Shown: positions 7,396 to 16,552, counted from the first letter of the stretch. The stretch is 24,000 bases of DNA from an uncultured Actinomycetota bacterium (GCA_963787985.1 CAWBEL010000004.1:973853-997852); one strand, 5' to 3'. Made by a program: numbers and translations. The notes: generated by a model not told the origin, from the letters alone.

Positions 7396-8265
7396 TCAGC
7401 CGGCGACGGCGCGGACCAGCCAGGAGGCCGCCGCCAGCCACACGCCGTCGGGACGCTCGCGCGCCGCGAACGCCGCGCGCAGGTCGGCGATCGCCTTCGT
7501 CGCCACGGCGGGGTCGGCCGCGGCGAGCTCGGCCGCGACATCACGGTCCGAGACCTCGAAGGCGACGGCGTCATCGGCATCGCTGCCGGCGCGCAGCGGC
7601 TCACGCACCTCGCTGATCTCGATGTCGCGCCACCCGGCGCGGTCGAGCATCGTCCGCACCCGCGCGGGTTCAGCCAGCGAAAACGGGCCATTCGGTCGAT
7701 CCACCGGCGGCGCGAGCCCCAGGTGCGGTGCCAGCGCGTCGAAGGCGACTGTCCAGTTCTCGTTGCGGATGCGTTCGGCCCAGCACACGAACGCCAGTCG
7801 ACCACCTGGCCGCATCGCGGCGCGGACGTTGGCGAACGCCGCGGTGTGGTCGTCGAAGAACATCACGCCGTAACGGCTGATGGCGAGATCGAACGTGGGG
7901 CGACCGAGGTCCGCAGTCTGTATGTCACCGACCTCGAAGCGAACGTTGTCGGTACCCGACTCGGCTGCGCGCAAGCGAGCCCGGTCCAGCATCGCGTGCG
8001 AGATGTCGACCCCGAGCGCGGTGCCACCACCGGGCGCCACTGCCCGTGCCGCGCTCAGGGTCGTGCTGCCGCAGCCACAGCCGATGTCCAGGACGTGTTC
8101 ACCGGGGCGTGGGGCCGCAGCCGCGATCAGTGCTGCACCGTGCCGCACGAGCAGGTCGTCGTAGCGGTCGTCGTGGTCGGCCCAGAAGCTGGCCTTCGGC
8201 CCGTTCCAGTCGACGCCCGCCGCCGGGGCGGGTGTCGCGTCGACACCATCACCCACGTCATCCAT
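7396..8265 (-). CDS. Class I SAM-dependent methyltransferase
   Basis: 289 aa. Motif I is HVLDIGCGCGSTTL, followed by the post-I acidic residue and RPGGRLAFV. Confidence 0.8.
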   Translation of the reverse strand: MDDVGDGVDATPAPAAGVDWNGPKASFWADHDDRYDDLLVRHGAALIAAAAPRPGEHVLDIGCGCGSTTLSAARAVAPGGGTALGVDISHAMLDRARLRAAESGTDNVRFEVGDIQTADLGRPTFDLAISRYGVMFFDDHTAAFANVRAAMRPGGRLAFVCWAERIRNENWTVAFDALAPHLGLAPPVDRPNGPFSLAEPARVRTMLDRAGWRDIEISEVREPLRAGSDADDAVAFEVSDRDVAAELAAADPAVATKAIADLRAAFAARERPDGVWLAAASWLVRAVAG

Positions 8266-8271
8266 GGCCCG

Positions 8272-8277
8272 ACGCTA
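8272..8277 (-). promoter_or_regulatory. -10 element TAGCGT placed 6 nt before the ATG (leaderless-type promoter) of the 7396-8265 methyltransferase
   Basis: The minus strand reads gggtTAGCGTcgggccATG. No SD is present. TAnnnT is the actinobacterial -10 consensus. Confidence 0.4.
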
Positions 8278-8307
8278 ACCCGCCTGCTCGACCAGGGCTG
8301 CATCAGG

Positions 8308-8725
8308 GCGGCGGACGAGTCGACCTGTAAGCCGGATCCTGTGCCCCGGCTCGCGCCGGGGTGGCGGCCATCCATCTAGGCCTGCCGTTGCCAGCAGGCT
8401 CGAGCGGTCTACCCGCGGACTCGGGCGGGCCGCCCTCGAACGTCCGCGCAGACCGGCGAACCGGTCCTTCTTGACCTTGCTCCGGGTGGGGTTTACCGAG
8501 CCGCTCCGGTCACCCGGAGCGCTGGTGGTCTCTTACACCGCCGTTTCACCCTTACCGGCTCCAGCGAACCGGAACCGGCGGTCTGTTTTCTGTGGCACTG
8601 TCCCGCGGGTCACCCCGGGTTGCCGTTGGCAACCACCCTGCCCTGTGGAGTCCGGACTTTCCTCGGCACGTCCCGCTGCCGGAGCAACAGGCGTGACGCG
8701 GCCGCCCGGTCGGCTCGTCCGCCGC
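8308..8725 (-). ncRNA. rnpB: RNase P RNA, bacterial type A
   Basis: The reverse complement contains GAGGAAAGTCCGGACTCCACAGGGCAGGGTGGTTGCCAACGGCAACCCGGGGTGACCCGCGGGACAGTGCCACAGAAAACAGACCGCC, GGTAAGGGTGAAACGGCGGTGTAAGAGACCACC and CACAGGATCCGGCTTACAGG. P1 can form between GGCGGACGAGCCGACC (5', 8708-8723) and GGTCGACTCGTCCGCC (3', 8310-8325). Ends are approximate to within about 5 nt. Confidence 0.93.
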
Positions 8726-8732
8726 GCGCCCC

Positions 8733-8738
8733 ACCCTA
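8733..8738 (-). promoter_or_regulatory. Candidate -10 (TAGGGT) for rnpB
   Basis: The minus strand reads gcttgTAGGGTggggcgcgcGGCGGACGAG. The hexamer ends about 7-9 nt before the predicted mature 5' end. Confidence 0.35.
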
Positions 8739-8771
8739 CAAGCGGGCGGGGACGCGGGCACGTCGCGCGCC

Positions 8772-8777
8772 TACAGT
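8772..8777 (+). promoter_or_regulatory. -10 element TACAGT placed 7 nt before the ATG (leaderless-type promoter) of the VOC gene
   Basis: cgccTACAGTcggtcccATG with no SD. The same hexamer and spacing occur at 20004-20019. Confidence 0.4.
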
Positions 8778-8784
8778 CGGTCCC

Positions 8785-9300
8785 ATGCCAGAACCCACCG
8801 GAGCCGAGCTCGACGCGATCCGTGAGCGCCGCGGGCAGTTACGCACCACCTACCTGAAGGACCGCGCCGAGCGGCCGGCCACCTCCGCGTCCGGCATCCA
8901 CCACGCCGCCTTCGTCTGCCGCGACGTCGAGGAGACGATCCGGTTCTACCAGGACTTCCTCGGCTTCCCGCTCGTCGAACTGGTCGAGAATCGCGACTAC
9001 GCCGGGTCCAGCCACTTCTTCTTCGACCTCGGCAACGGCAACCTGCTCGGGTTCTTCGACTTCCCCGGCCTCGAGCAGGAGCCGTACAAGGAGACGATCG
9101 GCGCGCTGCAGCACATGGCGATCTCCGTCAGCTCCGAGCAGTTCGAGGCGGCCAAGGCGAAGTTCGACGCGGGAGGCCTCGACTACCTCGGCCCGGACCG
9201 CGGTGCCGACGACAGCCTCTACTTCCGCGACCCCAACGGCATGGGCATCGAGCTGTACCGCGAGCAGCTGGGGCATTTCGAGGGCGACGTTCTGCTGTGA
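8785..9300 (+). CDS. VOC (glyoxalase/bleomycin-resistance/dioxygenase) family protein
   Basis: 171 aa from the ATG at 8785. Contains IHHAAFVCRDVEETIRFYQDFLGFPLVE ... LQHMAISV ... YFRDPNGMGIEL. The track ORF from 8620 overlaps rnpB, so its N-terminal extension is spurious. Confidence 0.8.
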   Translation: MPEPTGAELDAIRERRGQLRTTYLKDRAERPATSASGIHHAAFVCRDVEETIRFYQDFLGFPLVELVENRDYAGSSHFFFDLGNGNLLGFFDFPGLEQEPYKETIGALQHMAISVSSEQFEAAKAKFDAGGLDYLGPDRGADDSLYFRDPNGMGIELYREQLGHFEGDVLL

Positions 9301-9342
9301 CCTGACGCGGGACTCGCCCACCGCGTCACTACGCTCGGCGCA

Positions 9343-10644
9343 GTGACTGGTGCGGCGGCCGAGACTGTCGCGCTCGTCCTCCTCGCGCTGTCCCTCGCCT
9401 TCGCCATCGTCCGCCCGCGCGGGCTGAGCGAAGCAGCGATCGCCGTGCCCGCCGCCCTTCTGACGGTCGCCCTCGGCATCGTCAGCTGGCACGGCGCCCT
9501 CGCGACGCTGCGCGAGATCGGCCCGACCGTCGGCTTCCTCGCCGCGATCCTCGTGTTCGGCCACCTCTGCGCCGAGGCCGGCGTCTTCGACTACCTCGGT
9601 GCCCGGGCGGCTGTTTCCAGCCGCGGCAACCCGCACCGGCTGCTCGTGCTCGTGGTGGCGCTGGCCGCCGCGGTCACCGCGACTCTCACCCTCGACGCGA
9701 CGGTCGTGCTGCTGACCCCGGTCGTGCTCACGACGGCGACGCGCATGAAGGTGCCCGGCCGGCCGCACCTGTACGCGTGCACGCGGTTGGCCAACAGCGG
9801 TTCACTGCTGCTGCCGGTGTCGAACCTGACCAATCTGCTCGCGTTCAGCGCCGCCGGCATCTCTTTCGGTCGCTTCACCGCGCTCATGGTCACGCCCTGG
9901 GTGGTGGTGTGCGTCGCGGAGTGGCTCGCGCTGCGCACCGCGTTCCGGGACGACCTCGCCGCCACCGGTGCGGCGGTCGCCGACCCGCCCCGGGCACCGC
10001 GCTACGCGCTGATCGTCCTGCTCGTGACGGTGGCGCTGTTCGTGGTCACCTCGTCGGTCGACGTGAGCCCGGCCTTCGCCGCCCTCGCCGGCTGCGCCGC
10101 CCTGCTCGTGCCGCGCCTACGGCGCCGGGACGTCGGCCCGGTGCAGCTGGTGCGGGAGGCCTCTCCCGGGTTCTGCGTCTTCGTGCTCGCGCTGGCGGTG
10201 ATCGTCGACGGTGTGACGCGCCACGGGCTGGCGCATGCGCTGCAGCACCTCGTCCCCGACGGCACGTCCTACCTCGCGCTGCTGGCCCTCGCCGGGCTGG
10301 CGGCCCTGCTCGCCAACGTCGTGAACAACCTGCCGGCCACGCTCGCGCTCATCCCCATCGTCGCCGGCAACCCGGCCTGGGTGCTCGCCGTGCTGCTCGG
10401 CGTCAATATCGGGCCGAACGCGACCTACCCCGGCTCGCTGGCGACCCTGCTCTGGCGCCGGTTGCTCCCCGTCGAGCACAAGCCCAGCGCGGCCCAGTTC
10501 CACCGGCTCGGCCTGGCCACGGTGCCGGTGCTGCTCGTCCTGAACAACCACGGCGCTCTGGGCGGCTTTGCGGGTGCTCGGCGCCTGACGTCCCGGCCGG
10601 GGGTCAGACGACCCGCAGACCGCGCAGGTGGCTCGTGTCGTTGA
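9343..10644 (+). CDS. ArsB/NhaD-superfamily (arsenical pump-like, SLC13-type) permease; last ~33 codons probably out of frame
   Basis: 433-aa polytopic membrane ORF (IVRPRGLSEAAIAVPAALL..., NSGSLLLPVSNLTNLL, VNNLPATLALIP). After 10543 the tail becomes Arg/Gly-rich with poor GC3. The +1 frame instead gives TTTALWAALRVLGA, then TGA at 10586-10588. Confidence 0.7.
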   Translation: MTGAAAETVALVLLALSLAFAIVRPRGLSEAAIAVPAALLTVALGIVSWHGALATLREIGPTVGFLAAILVFGHLCAEAGVFDYLGARAAVSSRGNPHRLLVLVVALAAAVTATLTLDATVVLLTPVVLTTATRMKVPGRPHLYACTRLANSGSLLLPVSNLTNLLAFSAAGISFGRFTALMVTPWVVVCVAEWLALRTAFRDDLAATGAAVADPPRAPRYALIVLLVTVALFVVTSSVDVSPAFAALAGCAALLVPRLRRRDVGPVQLVREASPGFCVFVLALAVIVDGVTRHGLAHALQHLVPDGTSYLALLALAGLAALLANVVNNLPATLALIPIVAGNPAWVLAVLLGVNIGPNATYPGSLATLLWRRLLPVEHKPSAAQFHRLGLATVPVLLVLNNHGALGGFAGARRLTSRPGVRRPADRAGGSCR

Positions 10645-11293
10645 ACAGCCGCAGCGACGCCGTACCGTCGGGCACCAGGTCCACCACCGACACCGACGCG
10701 GTGTCGAGATGCAGCCGGTACAGCACGCCGAGCGGCGCCTCGAGGACGTGCCGCACCAGCAGCTTGATGGGCGTCACGTGCGTGACGACCACGACCGTCC
10801 CGCCGGGATGCTGCGCCACGAGGGCGTCGCGGGCCCGGACGACGCGGTCGTCGACGGCGGCGAAGGACTCACCACCGGGCGGGGCCACCTCGGGCGAGGC
10901 AGTCCACGCCGCGAACGCGGCGGGGTGCTCGCGCCGGGCTTCGGCGAACGTCAGTCCCTCGAAGCGGCCGAAGTCGGTCTCGGCGAGATCGTCGAGCACG
11001 GTGACATCGTGCCCACCCGCGCCGGCGATGGCGGCTGCGGTCTGCCGGCAGCGGCGGAGCGGCGAGCTGACGACGGCGGTCACCGGGCCGACCTCGCCGG
11101 ACAGGTCACGCGCTGCCAGCGCGGCAGCCTGGCGTTCGCCGATCGGCGCGAGCCGCAGGTCGTTGCGGCCGGAGAAACGTCGCTCCGCCGAGTGCTCGGT
11201 CGCCCCGTGCCGCACGAGGACGAGTCGCGTCCGCTCGTCGCCCGGCGGCAGCCACCCGCTCGTCGGGGCGATAGGCGGTGCGGCCTCGCTCAC
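10604..11293 (-). CDS. Histidine phosphatase family protein (CobC/PGM-like)
   Basis: GTG at 11291-11293 overlaps the upstream stop (GTGA). Contains the RHG motif LVLVRHGATEHSAERRFSGRNDLRL and the downstream HPGGTVVVVTHVTPIK. 229 aa. Confidence 0.8.
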   Translation of the reverse strand: MSEAAPPIAPTSGWLPPGDERTRLVLVRHGATEHSAERRFSGRNDLRLAPIGERQAAALAARDLSGEVGPVTAVVSSPLRRCRQTAAAIAGAGGHDVTVLDDLAETDFGRFEGLTFAEARREHPAAFAAWTASPEVAPPGGESFAAVDDRVVRARDALVAQHPGGTVVVVTHVTPIKLLVRHVLEAPLGVLYRLHLDTASVSVVDLVPDGTASLRLFNDTSHLRGLRVV

Positions 11294-12027
11294 AGCCCGG
11301 ATTCGGCGGTGCGGATGAGCACCGCGCGGCAGTTGTCGCAGCGCACGACGGTGTCGGGTTCCGCCGCGCGGACGCGGGCGAGCTCGCTGCCCGACAGCTC
11401 GATGCGGCACGCCTCGCAGCGACGTTGCCGTAGCAGCGCCGCGCCGGCGCCACCGTGCGCGCGCGCCTTCTCGTAGAGGCCGATGAGCTCGGCCGGCAGC
11501 TCGGCGGCGAGCGCGTTGCGCTGCGGTTCCCGCTCGGCCACCGCGGCGTCGATCTCGGTGAAGGCCTCGTCCCGCTTCGCCTCGAGCCGCGCCCGCTCCG
11601 CGATGGCAGCCTCGTACGTGGTGGTCGACTCGGTCAGCGTGCGCTCGGCTGTCTCCGCGCGCTCCATGACCTCGAGCAGCTCGTCCTCGAGGGTCGACTG
11701 GCGGCGGGCTAGCGTCGCGATCTCGTGCTGGAGCTGTTCCAGCTCGCGTGCGGGCAGGCCGCCGGCCTGCAGCCGGGACTCGTCGCGGGTGGCGCGGGTG
11801 CGCACGGTCTCGACGTCCTTCTCCAGCCGCTGCTGCTCGAGCTCGATGTCGGCCACCGCGGTCTGGGCGTCGACGAGGTCGGTGTCGGCGTTGGCGACGG
11901 CCTGCTCACTGGCGGAGAGGGCCGCGAGCTCCGGGAGCGTGCGGCGCCGGTGCGCGAGCTGGGCCAACGCCGTGTCGACGGCCTGCAGGTCGAGCAACCG
12001 CAGCTGGACGGAGGGATCGGCATTCAC
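11290..12027 (-). CDS. C4-type zinc-ribbon and coiled-coil protein (DUF164 family, Rv2229c-like)
   Basis: GTG at 12025-12027 overlaps the NIF3 stop (GTGA). A long coiled-coil is followed by CEACRIEL...RCDNCRAVL (CxxC...CxxC). 245 aa. The 465-aa track ORF extension is off-target. Confidence 0.8.
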   Translation of the reverse strand: MNADPSVQLRLLDLQAVDTALAQLAHRRRTLPELAALSASEQAVANADTDLVDAQTAVADIELEQQRLEKDVETVRTRATRDESRLQAGGLPARELEQLQHEIATLARRQSTLEDELLEVMERAETAERTLTESTTTYEAAIAERARLEAKRDEAFTEIDAAVAEREPQRNALAAELPAELIGLYEKARAHGGAGAALLRQRRCEACRIELSGSELARVRAAEPDTVVRCDNCRAVLIRTAESGL

Positions 12028-13190
12028 GTGCGGTTCGGTCTCCGATGTGTGAGTGGGGACGGGGCGTGCAGGGTCCAGGGATCGGTGGCCAGCCGCGACA
12101 CCCGCACGTCCACCGTAGTGCCGAAGCGTTCGCGCAGCCGCACCGCGAGGTCGTCGAGCCACGGCGCCTCGGTGGCCCAGTGCGCGGCGTCCACGAGCGC
12201 CATCGCACCGGGGTCGTCGCGCTCGCTGACCGCCTCGACGGTCGGATGGTGCTTGAGATCGGCGGTGACGAAGGCGTCCGCGCCCAGGCGTCGGGCGGCG
12301 TCGGTCAGCGAGGCGCCGGAACCCCCGCACACCGCCACCGTCCGTACCGCCCGCGCGGGGTCGCCGGCGGCGCGCACACCCCAGGCCGTGGACGGCAGGG
12401 CGGCCGCGACGTGGTCGACGAACTGCGCCAACGGCTGCTCGAGCGGCAACACACCGACGCGTCCGGTGCCGCGGCGTGCGTCGGCGGGCGCCTGCACGAG
12501 CAGGTCGAACGCGGGCTCCTCGTAGGGATGGGTCGCGCGTAGCGCGGCGAGCACGGCGGCGCGCCGGCCGGACGGCACGATCATCTCCACCCGCGTCTCG
12601 GGCACGTGCTCGACCGTGCCGACGGTGCCGATCGCCGGATGCGCCCCGTCGAGCGGCCGGAAGCTTCCGTCGCCGGTGGTGGTCCACGCGCAGCGGTCGT
12701 AGTTCCCGAACTGCCCGGCGCCGGCAGCGGCGAGGGCGTCGACCAGGCGCTCGGCGTCCGCATGTGGCACGAAGACGACCAGCTTGTCCGGCGCGGGGTC
12801 GGGTTGGGGGTCCAGCGGGCGCAGGTCGGTCAGCCCGAGCGTCGTGGCCAGCGCGTCCGAGACGCCCGGAGCGGCGACGTCGGCGTTGGTGTGCGCGACG
12901 AACAGCCCGGCACCCGCCCGGACGAGACGGTGCACGAGCCGCCCCTTGGGGTCGTCGGCGGGGATGCCGTGCACGCCGCTCAGCAGCAACGGGTGGTGCG
13001 TGATCAGCAGCTGCGTCCCAGTGGTGATCGCGTCGTCGACAGTGGCCGGAACGGCGTCGACGGCGAGCAGCACGCGCTCGACCGGTTCGTCAGGATCCCC
13101 GCAGACCAACCCGACCGCATCCCAGGACTCGGCCCACCGCGGGTCGTACCAGGCGTCCATCGCCGCGACCAGCTCACCGAGACGAGGCAC
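12024..13190 (-). CDS. Nif3-like dinuclear metal centre protein (GTP cyclohydrolase I type 2 homologue)
   Basis: 388 aa. Contains WAESWDAVGLVCGDPDEPVERVLLAVD, ITHHPLL, VAHTNADVA and a C-terminal LKHH motif, with the PII-like insert typical of long NIF3 proteins. Confidence 0.85.
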   Translation of the reverse strand: MPRLGELVAAMDAWYDPRWAESWDAVGLVCGDPDEPVERVLLAVDAVPATVDDAITTGTQLLITHHPLLLSGVHGIPADDPKGRLVHRLVRAGAGLFVAHTNADVAAPGVSDALATTLGLTDLRPLDPQPDPAPDKLVVFVPHADAERLVDALAAAGAGQFGNYDRCAWTTTGDGSFRPLDGAHPAIGTVGTVEHVPETRVEMIVPSGRRAAVLAALRATHPYEEPAFDLLVQAPADARRGTGRVGVLPLEQPLAQFVDHVAAALPSTAWGVRAAGDPARAVRTVAVCGGSGASLTDAARRLGADAFVTADLKHHPTVEAVSERDDPGAMALVDAAHWATEAPWLDDLAVRLRERFGTTVDVRVSRLATDPWTLHAPSPLTHRRPNRT

Positions 13191-13275
13191 CTGCGAGAAC
13201 CTACTCCGCAGCCCCCGGTGCAGCGGACGCGTAACCTGACGGCACGGTCGCGGCGGAGACCACGGGAGGGCTCAC

Positions 13276-13599
13276 ATGGTGCTGTTCGACGGAGTGTTCG
13301 GCGTCATCGCATTCGCGGTGTGGATCTTCTGCATCATCGACGTCATCACCACGCCCGCCGACCGGGTGCGCAACCTGCCGAAGATGATCTGGCTGCTGCT
13401 CGTCGTGCTGCTCGCCGACATCGGCGCCATCGCCTGGCTGGTAGCCGGGCGCGCCTGGAACGCCCGCACCCCGGTGCGGGCCGGCGCGCGCGCGACGAAC
13501 CCCGACGACGACGAGGAGTTCCTGGCCTCGCTGCGCGCCCGGGCCGAGGAGCAGCGCCGTCGCGCCCGCGAAGAGGGCCAGGGCGAACCTCCCGCCTGA
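13276..13599 (+). CDS. PLD-nuclease-N-terminal-domain (PLDc_N) small membrane protein
   Basis: ATG at 13276 after GGGAGGG. Two TM helices carry the signature VWIFCIIDVITTP...PKMIWLLLVVLLADIGAIAWLVAGR, followed by a charged tail. Confidence 0.75.
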   Translation: MVLFDGVFGVIAFAVWIFCIIDVITTPADRVRNLPKMIWLLLVVLLADIGAIAWLVAGRAWNARTPVRAGARATNPDDDEEFLASLRARAEEQRRRAREEGQGEPPA

Positions 13600-13617
13600 A
13601 CGGGAAGCGCCCCTCGG

Positions 13618-14088
13618 TCAGCCGGTCGCGAAGTACAGGCGGCTGACCATGTCGGCCACGCACGCCGGCTTGCCCGCGCCCTCGATCTCCAGCGTGACGC
13701 GGCCGGTGGTCTGCACGGCGTCGTCACCGAGCCGTTCGACCTCGACGAGCGTCATCCGCGCGCGCAGCCGGCTGCCGACCGGCACCGGAGCCGGGAACCG
13801 CACCTTGTTCAACCCGTAGTTGATGCCCATCCGGACGTTCTCGACACTGCGCAACCCGGCCACGAGGTGCGGCACGAGCGACAGCGTGAGGAACCCGTGC
13901 GCCACGGTGGTGCCGAACGGACCCTTCGCGGCGGCGTCGGGGTCGACGTGGATCCACTGGTGGTCCTCGGTGGCGTCGGCGAAACCGTCGATACGCGACT
14001 GCTCCACCGTGAACCAATCGCCGGGACCGATCTCGACGCCCAACGCGCCTTCGAGATCCTCGATGCTGCGATACACCGCGACGGCCAC
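13618..14088 (-). CDS. MaoC-family (R-specific enoyl-CoA hydratase-like) dehydratase
   Basis: Hot-dog fold signature: FADATEDHQWIHVDPDAAAKGPFGTTVAHGFLTLSL. I prefer the GTG at 14086-14088 (AAGGGA 7 nt upstream) to the track start at 14145. Confidence 0.8.
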   Translation of the reverse strand: MAVAVYRSIEDLEGALGVEIGPGDWFTVEQSRIDGFADATEDHQWIHVDPDAAAKGPFGTTVAHGFLTLSLVPHLVAGLRSVENVRMGINYGLNKVRFPAPVPVGSRLRARMTLVEVERLGDDAVQTTGRVTLEIEGAGKPACVADMVSRLYFATG

Positions 14089-14216
14089 GGCCCGTCCCTT
14101 CGTCCTGCTTCGGCCCGTTCCGGGCCGGCCCGCCGGCGGCGGCACCCTTGCGACGCTAGCGACGTGTGGGGTTGCGCGACCACAGCGGGTCCGAGAGACG
14201 CGTCAGGGACATGACG

Positions 14217-14247
14217 CGGCCCGGGCCGCCGAAGCGGGCCCGGGCCG
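14217..14247 (-). terminator. GC-rich hairpin 3' of the rpf gene (11-bp stem, no U-tract)
   Basis: CGGCCCGGGCC (14217-14227) pairs with GGCCCGGGCCG (14237-14247) across a 9-nt loop, beginning 23 nt past the stop at 14270-14272. A second hairpin, CGCGTCA-N6-TGACGCG, lies at 14199-14218. Confidence 0.4.
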
Positions 14248-14269
14248 GGTCGGGGAAAGCATCCTCAGA

Positions 14270-15240
<971 letters not shown>

Positions 15241-15245
15241 GGTGA

Positions 15246-15283
15246 CATATCGGCATCGATATGCCAAATTCCGTTGCCGTCAA
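15246..15283 (-). promoter_or_regulatory. Candidate rpf promoter (-35 TTGACG) with an AT-rich palindrome CATATCG-N4-CGATATG over the -10 region
   Basis: The minus strand reads TTGACGgcaacggaatttggCATATCGatgcCGATATGtcacc. cgtcaa is at 15278-15283 and the palindrome at 15246-15263. The region is an AT-rich island about 270 nt upstream of the rpf ATG. Confidence 0.35.
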
Positions 15284-15494
15284 CTTGTGGACAGGTGTAC
15301 AAGCCGACGCGGCTCAGTACCTGCGTCCTGAGTCGCCCGGACGCCTGCATCACCCGGATTCCGGGGGCTGCGAGCAGCTCGCCCCGCCGAGCTGTGCCAA
15401 GGCCTAGGAAGCGGCCTAAATCACCCGGGCCCGGCACATCAAGGCCGAAGGTCCTCGTTTGTTCACGCCGTGAACGAAGGTGGCCCTGCCGGCG

Positions 15495-16391
15495 TCACCG
15501 ACGCTGGAGCGCCTCCACGGACGGGCAGACGTAGTAGGCGCCGGTCACCGGCCGCGTGTACCGGGTCAGCGCGCACCGGATGCCGTCGCCGACGCCCGCC
15601 ATCCGCCGCAGCATCTCCGCCAGGCGCCACTGGTCGTAGCTGAAGCCGACGAACGCGGTGCCGTGCTCGGAGACGGTGCCGAAGGCGGTGTTGCGGCGGA
15701 AAATCGGCTGCTCGTGTCCGGCTACCTCGAGCACGGTCCGCGAGACGTGCGAGTCGGCCGGCATCACGTCCTCGTCGAGCTCGACGCTGTCCGCCTTCGT
15801 CCGGCCGATGACCTGTTCCTGTCGCTGCACGGTCTCGGCGTTCCAGCGGGCGGCGTCGTGCGGCCAGAGCTGGAAGAGCACAACCGTCGAGCCCGCGCCC
15901 GGGGCTCCGTCCGGGGCAGCCACCACGTCAGGTGCCTCGACCAGCGACGGGTTCTCGGTGCCGTCGATGAAACCGGTGAGGTCCCGGTCGTGCCGGTAGA
16001 GCCAGCCGCCGGTCTCGGTGCCCACGGTGGCCACGTCGGCGACGGTCTCGATGGCGCGCCGGCCAGCGTCGAATACCGCGGTACGGCTGCCGCCGCTGAT
16101 CCAGATCCATGTGTCGTGCTGCGTGGCCGGCATGGTGAATCCGTCGGGCCCGACCAGATCCTCGTCCCAGTCGGCCGCGCCGGACAGGACGTGCCGCCGG
16201 CCGGCGAGGCCGGCCCACAGCGAGGGTCGAAAGCCCAGAACGACGTTGACGCCCGCGTCGGTGGACAGCGTCGCGACCAGCCCGACGCACGCGGCCAGCA
16301 GCGCAGACCCGTTGGCGCCGTCGCGCAGGTCGAGCTCGAGGTAGGTGTGATCGGTGGTGCCGAGGGCGTAGATGCCGGGCTGCGCACTCAT
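15495..16391 (-). CDS. Dyp-type (dye-decolorizing) haem peroxidase, short class
   Basis: 298 aa. Contains the GxxDG motif in DLTGFIDGTENP and the C-terminal RRNTAFG...GTAFVGF typical of the DyP/YfeX family. Confidence 0.85.
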   Translation of the reverse strand: MSAQPGIYALGTTDHTYLELDLRDGANGSALLAACVGLVATLSTDAGVNVVLGFRPSLWAGLAGRRHVLSGAADWDEDLVGPDGFTMPATQHDTWIWISGGSRTAVFDAGRRAIETVADVATVGTETGGWLYRHDRDLTGFIDGTENPSLVEAPDVVAAPDGAPGAGSTVVLFQLWPHDAARWNAETVQRQEQVIGRTKADSVELDEDVMPADSHVSRTVLEVAGHEQPIFRRNTAFGTVSEHGTAFVGFSYDQWRLAEMLRRMAGVGDGIRCALTRYTRPVTGAYYVCPSVEALQRR

Positions 16392-16552
16392 GCCGATGAT
16401 GCTGTCAGACCCACGGACCGCTGCGGCGCGGCCTGCGCTGTGCCTGTGCTGGCAAAGCGGAGAACATCCACGTTCACCTCTTGGTATCAGCGCGGCCCCT
16501 GCGCTGTCCTGAGGTGTGTCGGGACCGTCCGACCACGATCACAGGAGACTCC

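Noticed and set aside
8471-9300. ORFs 8471-8857 and the 8620 start of the VOC ORF, overlapping rnpB
   Set aside because: The region encodes RNase P RNA on the opposite strand. The VOC domain begins only after the ATG at 8785, which has its own promoter-like element.
9777-11318. 513-aa plus-strand ORF across the permease tail and the phosphatase gene
   Set aside because: Arg/Pro/Ala-rich nonsense in the wrong frame or strand relative to two recognisable genes.
11290-12687. 465-aa version of the zinc-ribbon ORF, with its N-terminal extension into the NIF3 gene
   Set aside because: The extension is Arg-rich off-frame sequence overlapping NIF3. The GTG at 12027 with a GTGA overlap gives the expected ~245-aa DUF164-type protein.
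15461-15475. Palindrome GTTCACG-c-CGTGAAC 20 nt after the DyP stop
   Set aside because: It could be a terminator stem or an operator, but it is only 7 bp with a 1-nt centre and no U-tract. I left it unassigned rather than call it.
15495-16391. DyP peroxidase as encapsulin cargo
   Set aside because: No encapsulin shell gene is adjacent, and the C-terminus (...YYVCPSVEALQRR) lacks the Gly/Ser-rich linker and targeting-peptide look. It was treated as a stand-alone DyP.
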